From the NCBI GenBank assembly GCA_963789955.1, contig CAWBMV010000011.1:1-64000 (forward strand): 64,000 nt of DNA. The letters are read 5' to 3'. Below are positions 19,134-28,276 of this stretch, piece after piece (position 1 is the stretch's first letter; the number at the start of each line of letters is the position of its first letter). Under the pieces are notes generated by a model. That model searched no databases, was not told where the DNA came from, and saw only the letters and a program-made list of their open reading frames with translations. A program made the position numbers and the translations under genes. Origin of the DNA: an uncultured Candidatus Rokubacteria bacterium. Its GTDB lineage: Bacteria > Methylomirabilota > Methylomirabilia > Rokubacteriales > CSP1-6.

Positions 19134-19906
19134 TCGCGCACCTTGGCGACTTCTTCCTTCACGACGCGCGTGATGTCGCTTTCGTACTGCGTGAACTCCA
19201 GCGCGAAGCGGTCGCGGGCCTCCGGCAGCTTGACCGGAAAGACTTGCTTGATCCGGCCCGGCACCGACGTCATGACGACGACGCGGTCGGCCAGGTAGAC
19301 GGCCTCGCGAATGGAGTGGGTGACGAACAGGATCGTCTTGTGCTCCACCCGCTGGATCCGCGACAGCTCGTCCTGCAGCACCTCGCGCGTTTGGGCGTCG
19401 AGCGCTCCGAACGGCTCGTCCATCAGGATGACCGAGGGATTGTTGGCGAGCGCTCGGGCGATGGCGACGCGCTGCTTCATTCCGCCGGAGAGCTGGACCG
19501 GAAACTTGTCCGCGTGGGCGCGGAGCCCGACCAGGTTGAGATAGTGCTCGACGGTGCGCCGCCGCTCGGCGGCGGGCCGGGACTGCAGCAGCGGTCCGAA
19601 CTCCACGTTGCCGGTCACGGTGAGCCAGGGGAATAGCGCGTACTCCTGGAACACAACCCCGCGCTCGGGCGCGGGCCCGTTCACCGGATGGCCATCGACC
19701 AGGACGGTGCCGGTCGTCGGCGCGAGAAATCCGGCGACGATGTTCAGCAAGGTCGACTTGCCGCAGCCCGACGGACCGAGGAGACACACGAACTCGCGCT
19801 CGGCCATGTCGAGGTCGATCTCCCCCAGCGCCGGCGTCGCGTGGCCCGGCGCACCGAAAGACTTGGCGACGCGCTGGATCTGGATCTTGGGGCCGGCCAT
19901 GGTCAC
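19130..19906 (-). CDS. NitT/TauT family ABC ATP-binding protein
   Basis: GPSGCGKST, LSGGMKQR, LMDEPFGALD, FVTH. Confidence 0.93.
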   Translation of the reverse strand: MTMAGPKIQIQRVAKSFGAPGHATPALGEIDLDMAEREFVCLLGPSGCGKSTLLNIVAGFLAPTTGTVLVDGHPVNGPAPERGVVFQEYALFPWLTVTGNVEFGPLLQSRPAAERRRTVEHYLNLVGLRAHADKFPVQLSGGMKQRVAIARALANNPSVILMDEPFGALDAQTREVLQDELSRIQRVEHKTILFVTHSIREAVYLADRVVVMTSVPGRIKQVFPVKLPEARDRFALEFTQYESDITRVVKEEVAKVRE

Positions 19907-20733
19907 GCAGGATGCTGCCAGCGGGTCAGGCGGCGCTCCAGCAGCCGCACGAGGCCGTTGCCCGCGTAGCCGAGCAGCCCCAGCACCACGGCGGCGCCGA
20001 GCATCTGCGGCACGAGGAAAAAGTTGCGGCCGTCGTTGATGAGGTAGCCGAGGCCGTGCTCGGCGCCGATGAACTCGGAGATGACGATGACGAAGAACGC
20101 CAGCGCCACGCCGAGCCGGAGCCCGGTCAAGATGTCCGGCAGCGCGGCCGGCAGAATGACGCGCGTGAAGAGCCCGACGCCGCGCGCGCCGAGGCTCTGG
20201 GCCGCCCGCAGGAGGATCGGGTCGATCTGACGCACGCCGGTGATGGTGGTGAGGAAGATCGGGAAAAATGTCGCGTACGTGATGAACCCGATCTTAGAGG
20301 TCTCGCCGATCCCGACCCATACGATGAACATCGGCAGCATCGCCAGCGGCGGGATGGGCCGGAGCAACTCGACCAGCGGCTCGACGATGTGGCGGATCGG
20401 CGTGATATGCCCGGCCGCCAGGCCGAGGCCCACGCCGAGGACGGCGCCGGCCCCGAAGCCCAGCGCGACACGCTCGAGCGTCGCCGCAAGGTGGATCCAG
20501 AGCTGGCCCCGGATCGCCATGTCGAGCACGTTGCCGAGCACGAGCCAGGGGCCGGGCAGGAAGATCGGGTTGAAGAGTTTCAAAACCACCACGGCGCCCG
20601 AGAGCAGGCTCCAGAACGCCAGGAACGCGGCGATGGCGCCGAGGCGCAGCGCGATCGCGCGCCCGCGCGGCGGTCGGGAACCGCGAAGTCCCGCGTCCAT
20701 CAGCTCGGGCACACTGCTCAAGAATGAGGCCAC
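19903..20733 (-). CDS. NitT/TauT family ABC permease
   Basis: RPIPPLAM, GIGETSK, AAQSLGA...VILPAALP. Confidence 0.9.
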   Translation of the reverse strand: MASFLSSVPELMDAGLRGSRPPRGRAIALRLGAIAAFLAFWSLLSGAVVVLKLFNPIFLPGPWLVLGNVLDMAIRGQLWIHLAATLERVALGFGAGAVLGVGLGLAAGHITPIRHIVEPLVELLRPIPPLAMLPMFIVWVGIGETSKIGFITYATFFPIFLTTITGVRQIDPILLRAAQSLGARGVGLFTRVILPAALPDILTGLRLGVALAFFVIVISEFIGAEHGLGYLINDGRNFFLVPQMLGAAVVLGLLGYAGNGLVRLLERRLTRWQHPA

Positions 20734-20936
20734 CGGCGAACCCCCTCGCGATCGCGCCCGAGTCTAGCAGAGCGTGGCAGTCCCGGCGTCGCGACACCAA
20801 GGCAGACACGCTATCGGGGCTTGCCGACGCGCTCTTCGGGTATTTCCCTCATTGTTTAGCACTCCCACACGGCAAATCCTTCGAATGTGTGCTGGCGATC
20901 GAATCCCGCCGGGAGGGGACGTCACGCAACGTCGCC

Positions 20937-22862
20937 ATGTGCGGAATAGCGGGCTTCTGGCGCCCTGAGAGCGGCACGGCGGCAGCGCATCTGTCCGCGC
21001 TCAGGCGCATGACGAGTTCCCTCGCACACCGCGGGCCCGATGCGGACGGCCACTGGATCGAACCTGAATTCGGGGTTGCCCTGGGGCACAGGCGACTCTC
21101 GATCGTCGACCTGTCGCCCACCGGCGCGCAGCCCATGTGCTCCGCGTCAGGGCGTTTTACCATCCTCTTCAACGGCGAGATCTACAACTTTCCGCGATTG
21201 CGCCAGCAGTTGATGGCGAAGGGCGCGTCGTTTCAGGGAACCTCGGACACCGAAGTCCTGCTCGCGGCATTCGAGCAATGGGGCGTTGCCCGAACCCTTC
21301 CCCGCATAGCGGGCATGTTTGCGTTTGCCGTGTGGGATGCGAAGACCAGTCAGCTCTGGCTTGCACGCGATCGCATGGGGGAAAAGCCTCTCTACATCGC
21401 GCAGTTCAACGGACTCCTGGCGTTTGCCTCCGAGCTCAAGGCGTTTCAAGCGCTTCCCGGCTTCCCAAGCGACATCGACCCGGCGGCAATGTCGGATCTC
21501 GTGCGCAACGGCTACATCGGCGGTCGCCATACCATCTACCGGGCGGTCAGTCGTCTCCGGCCCGGCGAGTTTGCCGTGGTCGCGCTCTCCGATGGCGTGC
21601 CCGTGGCGTGCATCCAGCACTACTGGAATGTGCACGATCACCTGCGGGTCGCGAGGGACGGCTTCGCGTCCGATGAAGCCGCCACCGATGCGCTCGATGA
21701 GCTGCTCACGGAAGTCGTGCGCGACGAGATGGTCGCCGACGTACCGCTTGGCGCATTTCTCTCAGGTGGAATCGACAGCTCCCTGATCGCGGCGTTGATG
21801 CAAAAGATCGCCACCCGACCCGTGCGCACGTTCACCATCGGGTTTCGCGAGAGCACCCACGATGAAAGTCCGTACGCCCGCGAGGTGGCCAAGCATCTGG
21901 GTACCGATCACACCGAAATCATCCTGTCCGCCGATGACGCCCTCGCATTCGTGGAACGCCTTCCGAAGGTCTTCGATGAGCCGTTCGCCGACTCGTCGCA
22001 GCTTCCCACGTTGCTGCTCTCGTCCGTCACGCGGCGCTACGTTACCGTGGCATTGTCCGGGGACGGTGGCGACGAATTGTTCGGCGGGTACTCCCAGTAC
22101 CTCGCGCGCGATTCCATCGAACAGTTCGTCAACAGCGTTCCGCGCATGCTGCGCCGGCCACTCGGGGCGGCCCTCGGCGCCACGCCGGGCGCACTCCTGA
22201 CGCCGCTGCTCGCGAGGGGCAGCACGTGGGCTCCCAATCTGCGGGCGCGACTGGTGCGTGCGCTTCAGAATCCATCGACAGCCCGGTCGTACGAAAGCCT
22301 GTTGGCCAGGTGGGTCGAGCCCGCCGACATCCTGTCGGCGGCACAAATTCGCAGGGTGGTGTGCGACGAGAGTCCGCGTTGGCCCCATGCGAGAACCGAC
22401 GTCGAAGCCCGCATGACATTCGACATGGAGCACTACCTGCCCGACGACATCCTCGTGAAAGTAGACCGCTCGGCCATGGCCTGTTCGCTCGAGACGCGAG
22501 CTCCATTGCTGGATCACCGCGTGGTGGAATTCGCGCTGCGCCAACCTCTCCATCGCAAGATTCGCGACGGCAGGGGCAAGTTCCTGTTGCGAAACCTGCT
22601 GGTTCGTTACGTGCCACCCGCGCTGATCGATCGTCCAAAGCGCGGATTCTCCATACCGCTGGGCGCGTGGCTGCGCGGTGCGCTCAAGTCCTGGGGCGAC
22701 ACCATGCTCGAATCCGATGCCCTGCTCGAAACCTGGTTCCAACCCTCTGCGGTGAACGCCGTGTGGAGCGCCCACCAGCGAGGGGAAGATCACGCCGAGC
22801 GCCTCTGGCCGGTGCTCATTGCGATGCAGTGGCTGCGTTCGACGACCACATCGTCGTCATGA
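20937..22862 (+). CDS. asnB: Asparagine synthase (glutamine-hydrolysing) family amidotransferase
   Basis: MCGIAG, HRGPD, GHRRLSI, FNGEIYN, LSGGIDSS, SGDGGDELFGGY, KVDR. Confidence 0.93.
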   Translation: MCGIAGFWRPESGTAAAHLSALRRMTSSLAHRGPDADGHWIEPEFGVALGHRRLSIVDLSPTGAQPMCSASGRFTILFNGEIYNFPRLRQQLMAKGASFQGTSDTEVLLAAFEQWGVARTLPRIAGMFAFAVWDAKTSQLWLARDRMGEKPLYIAQFNGLLAFASELKAFQALPGFPSDIDPAAMSDLVRNGYIGGRHTIYRAVSRLRPGEFAVVALSDGVPVACIQHYWNVHDHLRVARDGFASDEAATDALDELLTEVVRDEMVADVPLGAFLSGGIDSSLIAALMQKIATRPVRTFTIGFRESTHDESPYAREVAKHLGTDHTEIILSADDALAFVERLPKVFDEPFADSSQLPTLLLSSVTRRYVTVALSGDGGDELFGGYSQYLARDSIEQFVNSVPRMLRRPLGAALGATPGALLTPLLARGSTWAPNLRARLVRALQNPSTARSYESLLARWVEPADILSAAQIRRVVCDESPRWPHARTDVEARMTFDMEHYLPDDILVKVDRSAMACSLETRAPLLDHRVVEFALRQPLHRKIRDGRGKFLLRNLLVRYVPPALIDRPKRGFSIPLGAWLRGALKSWGDTMLESDALLETWFQPSAVNAVWSAHQRGEDHAERLWPVLIAMQWLRSTTTSSS

Positions 22863-23869
22863 CGACACCCGTGCCGGCCAACACGGCCCAGATGGCTCTC
22901 CGGCATGCCGCCGACGCCCATGCCGCGGAAGTCGCACGCGGTGAACGCTTCAAATTCGGCGAGAACTGGCGGAAGTTCCTCGAGAACATGTCGGAGGAGC
23001 GCGCGCAGGCATCCGTCGTGTCGCTGCGCAGGATGCTCGGCCTCGAGAGTCTGGCGGGGTTGCGCTTTCTCGACATCGGTTCGGGCAGCGGCCTTTTCAG
23101 TCTTGCCGCGCATCGTCTTGGCGCAGAAGTCACGTCATTCGACTACGACGGCGATTCGGTCGGGTGCACCAACGAAATGCGCCGCCGCTACGCCCCCGGT
23201 TCAACAGACTGGAAGATCCTGCAGGGCTCCGTGCTCGACGCCGATTTCATGCAGGCCCTCGGGCAGTTCGATGTCGTCTACTCGTGGGGCGTTCTGCATC
23301 ACACCGGCGCCATGTGGAAGGCCATCGATGCCGCGCTCGAGCGCGTCGCTCCCGGCGGATGGCTCTTCATCGCGATCTACAACGATCAGGGCCTATGGTC
23401 GCGCCGCTGGACCAGGATCAAGCGCTACTACTGCTCCGGACCAATGGGCAAGGCGGTCGTTTCGGCGACGTTCATTCCCTACTGGATTGCACGCGGACTG
23501 GCGGCCGACATCGTATGGCGGCGCAACCCATGGAAGCGCTACAGCGAGTACAGTCGTGCACGCGGCATGTCACCCGTGCGCGACTGGTTCGACTGGCTCG
23601 GCGGCTATCCTTTCGAAGTCGCGAAGCCTGAAGACATCATTCTCCCCCTCAGCAAACGAGGCTATCGGCTCACCAACCTGGTGACCCAAGGCGGCAGCGT
23701 TGGCTGCGTCGAATACGTATTCCGGCACGACGCGCGCACGCCAGCGTCCTTTGAACGTGGTCGCGCCTTGTGGCGCGCGCGCAGGGTCAGCAAGTTCGCG
23801 CCGAAGGGGTGGGTGACCGGCGTCGCCTTCACGTGGGGCAACCTCTACAGCGCTTCGCGCGCGAGGTGA
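22859..23869 (+). CDS. Class I SAM-dependent methyltransferase; 3' end runs into an unrelated fragment after ~23740
   Basis: RFKFGENW, FLDIGSGSG, YSWGVLHH, DWLGGYPFE; ATGA overlap with asnB. Confidence 0.85.
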   Translation: MTTPVPANTAQMALRHAADAHAAEVARGERFKFGENWRKFLENMSEERAQASVVSLRRMLGLESLAGLRFLDIGSGSGLFSLAAHRLGAEVTSFDYDGDSVGCTNEMRRRYAPGSTDWKILQGSVLDADFMQALGQFDVVYSWGVLHHTGAMWKAIDAALERVAPGGWLFIAIYNDQGLWSRRWTRIKRYYCSGPMGKAVVSATFIPYWIARGLAADIVWRRNPWKRYSEYSRARGMSPVRDWFDWLGGYPFEVAKPEDIILPLSKRGYRLTNLVTQGGSVGCVEYVFRHDARTPASFERGRALWRARRVSKFAPKGWVTGVAFTWGNLYSASRAR

Positions 23870-24138
23870 TGGACGGGAAGTTCAAGAGCGAGCACATCCT
23901 CGGCGGCCTGGCGGACGACTTCCTGACGCTCGCCCCGTTCGGCGCCGGTGCCCAGGATGCGGCGACTCTGGTCGAGGCGAGGAAGCAGGACTTCATCGCC
24001 CGAAAGGCGCATCCGTTCCAGGGCCCGCTGAACGACAACCGCGGCGCCGAGCGCGTGAAGGCGGGCGAAACCTTCCCGCTCACCGATCTGCGCAAGATGG
24101 ACTGGCTCGTCGAAGGCGTCGTCGGTCAACCGCGCTGA
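23745..24138 (+). pseudogene. C-terminal fragment of a BMP-family ABC substrate-binding lipoprotein
   Basis: SKFAPKGWVTG..TWG, PFQGPLNDNRG, MDWLVEGVVG; N-terminus missing, frameshifted. Confidence 0.65.
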
Positions 24139-24156
24139 AGGGCGACACCTGCGCTT

Positions 24157-24470
24157 CTACCTCCCCAACTTCACGAGCAGATCGTCAGTCGCCTGGACGT
24201 CGCCAAAGGTCACCAGGAACTTGCCCAGCGTGTGATTGTGCAGCGCATCCGTATGGTCGGCGTTGCCGTCCGATACCATGATCGTGCGGTAGCCCCACAT
24301 GGAGGCGTCACGTGCAGTCGACTCGCAACACGTGCTGGTGGCAACGCCGGTGATGAGCAGCGTGTCGATACCGTGCTTTCGCAGCAGGTCATCGAGCTCC
24401 GATGGATATGGAATGAACGCCGAGTAGCGGTACTTGATCGCGATCTTGTCCTCGGGCAGCACCGCGCAGG
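24157..24470 (-). pseudogene. C-terminal fragment of an isochorismatase/cysteine hydrolase
   Basis: KYRYSAF, IDTLLITGVATSTCCESTARDA; N-terminal half absent. Confidence 0.75.
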
Positions 24471-24604
24471 TACGTCCCGCTCGACGGCATCGAGCTAGAC
24501 GACGAAGTTGGTGGCACCAGAGTGGCGTTTGGAGAGTGGTCGGTCGGTCGAGGTGTCGGCGTCTTCTTCGTGTGCCAACTGCTCGAGCGACGGTAAACCG
24601 AACC

Positions 24605-27600
24605 ATGGCGCTCGCAAAGATCACTCGGCCCACGCTGGCCACCACGGTGCCCCGGCCCCGGCTCTTTCGCCTGCTCGATCGCGCGCGGCCACGGCCCGTC
24701 ACCTGGGTCTGGGGACCGCCGGGCGCCGGCAAGACGACGCTCATCGCGAGCTATCTGCGGGCCCGCAACATCCGCTCGCTCTGGTATCAGTTGGACGAAG
24801 GCGATGCCGATGTCGCGACGTTCTTCTACTATCTTGGCCTCGCCGCGCCCCGCCGGCGACGGCCTCTGCCATTCCTGACGCCGCAGTACCGTCCTGGCCT
24901 CTCCGTCTTCGCGCGGCACTACTTCCGCGAGCTCTACGCTCGGCTCCCTGCGCGCTTCACCGTCGTCTTCGACGACTATCAGGAGGTCCCGGCCGATTCG
25001 CCCCTTCACGATCTCTTCGCGGAGGCGGTGGCTGAGATCCCGGCTGGCGGGCGCCTCATCTTCATCAGCCGGGGCGAGCCTCCGGTCGCCTTCGCCCGTC
25101 ACCGGGCCCACGGGAAGATCGATAGTCTCGACGGGCCCCAGCTCCGTTTCACCCCGGCCGAGGCCGGCGGCCTGATTCGTCGGCTGGCCCCAGGTCCCTG
25201 GTCCCGTGAAACGCTGCGCTCGCTGCACAAATCGGTGGACGGCTGGGGCGCTGGGCTTGTGCTCCGGATCGAACAGCTGCGCCGAGAGGCTCGGGCGGCG
25301 GCCGGACTGCGCGAGCCATCGTCGGAACTGCTGTTCGACTACTTCGCGGCTGAGATCTTCAAGAGGGCCAATGTCGCAACGCAAGACGTGTTGTTGCAGA
25401 CGGCGTTCCTACCCCGGATCACGCCGTCCATGGCCGCATCGCTGACCGGGCAGTCAACGGCCGGCGCGATCCTCGCCGCCCTCCACAGGGAGAATTACTT
25501 CACCAACAAGCAGGCGGGCCCCGAGCCGACCTACGAGTACCACCCGCTCTTCCGCGCTTTCCTCCTGTCGCAAGCCGCCAACACATACCCGGCGGCGCGC
25601 CTGACGATGATTCGCCGGACGGCGGCCGCCCTCCTCGACGGCGCCGGCCACGTCGAGGGGGCGGCGGGCCTGCTGCTCGACGATGAGGACTGGGACGGGC
25701 TCGCTCAGCTGATCCATCGCAACGCCCAGAAGTTGCTGGCGCAGGGCCGGGCCCAAACGCTGGAGGAGTGGCTTGAACGGATTCCCGCAGCGCTCTTCGC
25801 CGAGCAGCCATGGCTGCTCGTGTGGCGGGGCACGGGCTGGCTGGCCTGGCACCACGCCGAGTGCCAGCGAGATCTCGAGCAGGCGTTCGTGGCGTTTCGA
25901 CAGCAGGAGGACACGATCGGGATGTTCGTGGCCTGGTCGGGAATCATCTTTGCGTACCTGAGCGAAGGTGAGTCGGTCCCCCTGGATCGCTGGATCGCGG
26001 TGCTCGACGAGATCATGGCGAAGGCGCCGGAGTTTCCCTCCAAAGGAGCAGAAACGCGCGTTGCTGTGGCCATGCTCTCGGCGATTGCGTGGCGACAGCC
26101 GCACCATCCCCGAGCATCGGAGTGGGCCCGCCGGGCCTTCGAGTTGGCGCGACGACATCCTGACCGGAACCTCCAGGCCATCAGCGCCGCCAACTGGCTC
26201 TACTATCAGCTGGAGGCCGGCGAGCTTTCAGAAGCGGCTCTCGTCGTCGACGAGATGCGGGCCCTCATCTCGACCCGCGACGTTTCCCCCGTTGTTGTGG
26301 TGAATGCGTGCGTGCCGGTGGTCTGGTGGGAATCACTGAACGCGATCCCCTCCTACCGGCAGACGATCGCCCGGGTGCTCGACCTGACGCTGACGACGGG
26401 GATGTTCTACACCTCGCGGCACGTCGCCCTCAGTGCTGGCCTCGTCGGGGCGCTCAGCGACGCCGATCTCGACACTGCATCTCCGTGGCTTCGTGAGCTC
26501 GGGAGAGACGTGCACCTCTTGGGCCCGGGGTTCCGTTTCTGGTATCAGTCGTTCGTCGTATGGGAAGCCCTCATCCGGAAGGATACGGCGCACGCGGCCC
26601 GCGCTGAGCCCGAGATGCTGCGGTTGAGTTCGGCCAGCGGGCGTCCCCTGGACGAGGCGGTCGCGCATCTCCTGTCCGCCCAGGTTCGCCATGCGCGCGG
26701 CCAGGAGCAAGAAGCGCGCGCCCACCTCGACCGGGCGCTCGAGATTGCGCACACGATTCGCAGCTCGTATATCCAGTTCATGGCTCGCCTCAGCGAGGCG
26801 CAGCTCTACCTCGACGGTGGCCGGGAGGCCGACGGCCTGCAGGCGCTCGCCGCCGCCCTGGCGCTCGGCCGCGAGCACAGCTACGTCAACACGCACGTAT
26901 GGATTCCCGAGGTCATGGCCCGGCTCTGCGCCCGCGCGCTGGAGGCGGGCATCGAGGTGGACTACGCGGGCGATCTCGTCCGGAAGCGAGGGCTCGTGGC
27001 GGACGACCTGTCGGTAACGACGGAGGCGTGGCCTTGGCCCATCAAGATCTTCACGCTGGGCCGCTTCGAGCTACTCAGGGCAGGCCAGCCGATCCACTTC
27101 TCTCGCAAGGTCCAGCGCAAGCCGTTGGCCCTGCTCAAGGCGTTGATCGCCTTCGGCGGCCGCGGCGTGCGCGAGGCTCTCCTGATGGACGCACTCTGGC
27201 CGGATGCCGAAGGCGATGCCGCGCGCGTGGCGTTGGCCAGCGCGCTCCACCGACTGCGAGTTCTGATGGGCCATGAGCAGGCGATCGTCCGGCAGGAGGG
27301 AGAGCTGAGCCTCGATACGCGATCCTGTTGGGTCGACGTCTGGGCCGTCGAGCGCCTGCTCGGGCGTGCGGAAGCCGGACAGACAGAAAGTTTGCGAAAG
27401 GCCGTCGGCCTCTACCGTGGTGGGTTCCTCGATGGACAGGAGGTCGAGCTGCCTCAAACCACGACATTCGCCGACACGCTTCGTCGTCGCTTACTGCGAC
27501 AGATCGCGCGAGCGGCGCGGCAGTGTGAGGCGCAAGATCGGCAGCAAGCGGTGGATTGGTACGAGCAGGCGCTGCGCGTCGATCCATGCGCCGAGGACAT

Positions 27601-27754
27601 CTATCGAAACCTCATGACTGCGTACCAAGCGCTCGGACGCCCGGCCGAGGTCGCCGAAAGTTATCAGCGTTGCCGAGCCGCCCTCGCCGCTCATCGCGGC
27701 ACCAGACCTTCGTTGGAAACGGAGGGACTTCTCAAGGCCCTGCTCACGCGATAG
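24605..27754 (+). CDS. MalT-like STAND ATPase/TPR regulator with C-terminal SARP-type wHTH-BTAD module
   Basis: KITRP..VPRPRLF, GPPGAGKT, VFDDYQ, YEYHPLF; KIFTLGRF, ALWPD, LYRGGFL, ALRVDPCAE. Confidence 0.9.
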   Translation: MALAKITRPTLATTVPRPRLFRLLDRARPRPVTWVWGPPGAGKTTLIASYLRARNIRSLWYQLDEGDADVATFFYYLGLAAPRRRRPLPFLTPQYRPGLSVFARHYFRELYARLPARFTVVFDDYQEVPADSPLHDLFAEAVAEIPAGGRLIFISRGEPPVAFARHRAHGKIDSLDGPQLRFTPAEAGGLIRRLAPGPWSRETLRSLHKSVDGWGAGLVLRIEQLRREARAAAGLREPSSELLFDYFAAEIFKRANVATQDVLLQTAFLPRITPSMAASLTGQSTAGAILAALHRENYFTNKQAGPEPTYEYHPLFRAFLLSQAANTYPAARLTMIRRTAAALLDGAGHVEGAAGLLLDDEDWDGLAQLIHRNAQKLLAQGRAQTLEEWLERIPAALFAEQPWLLVWRGTGWLAWHHAECQRDLEQAFVAFRQQEDTIGMFVAWSGIIFAYLSEGESVPLDRWIAVLDEIMAKAPEFPSKGAETRVAVAMLSAIAWRQPHHPRASEWARRAFELARRHPDRNLQAISAANWLYYQLEAGELSEAALVVDEMRALISTRDVSPVVVVNACVPVVWWESLNAIPSYRQTIARVLDLTLTTGMFYTSRHVALSAGLVGALSDADLDTASPWLRELGRDVHLLGPGFRFWYQSFVVWEALIRKDTAHAARAEPEMLRLSSASGRPLDEAVAHLLSAQVRHARGQEQEARAHLDRALEIAHTIRSSYIQFMARLSEAQLYLDGGREADGLQALAAALALGREHSYVNTHVWIPEVMARLCARALEAGIEVDYAGDLVRKRGLVADDLSVTTEAWPWPIKIFTLGRFELLRAGQPIHFSRKVQRKPLALLKALIAFGGRGVREALLMDALWPDAEGDAARVALASALHRLRVLMGHEQAIVRQEGELSLDTRSCWVDVWAVERLLGRAEAGQTESLRKAVGLYRGGFLDGQEVELPQTTTFADTLRRRLLRQIARAARQCEAQDRQQAVDWYEQALRVDPCAEDIYRNLMTAYQALGRPAEVAESYQRCRAALAAHRGTRPSLETEGLLKALLTR

Positions 27755-28276
27755 CCGTTTCCGCCATCGCGTCCACCCCGGGCTAAATCACCGAAATTTC
27801 TGCGGGAACCGGCCGCCTTGCATCTCCCTACCGCCCCTGCAAGGATCGCCCTGTCCCTCACGATCGCCTGAGGCTGGCAGTCACGCCGCCTCGTCAGGCC
27901 TTTCCGAATCCGAACACGATCCGTCATCGCCCGGCGCTACGGTACACGCGCACGGTGACATCCGCCGGGAGGTAGAGCGGTGATCGAGCGAGCGATCGTC
28001 TTCATGATCGCGGTCAGCCTGCCGCTGATGCTGGTCGTCGAGCAGATGGCGCGCTGGCGGCGCGCGCTGACTAGAAACGACGCACCACCAGGCCACGAAG
28101 ATCGCCGACCGCGCCGACATCGAACACATCTGGATCGAGTTCGAGGGACGCGCCACTCGGTGCCCACGGTTCAGCCAACGGCCAGTGACCTCAACGATGT
28201 GCGTAGCGCGGCATCGTACTCCGCTTGTCCCGTCACGGCCGCGCGGGAGCGCCGTTCCATCCGACGGAGGGGAGCT

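Noticed and set aside
20856..20882. Second CIRCE element
   Set aside because: Only the left arm TTAGCACTC is present; no GAGTGCTAA after 9 nt.
20937..22862. Lasso peptide cyclase or RiPP cluster
   Set aside because: Intact N-terminal Cys glutaminase domain; no B1/B2 proteins or precursor peptide seen.
24512..24526. sigma54 promoter before the STAND-BTAD regulator (TGGCAC-N5-TGGC)
   Set aside because: Weak -12 element and close to a rearrangement junction; cannot be supported.
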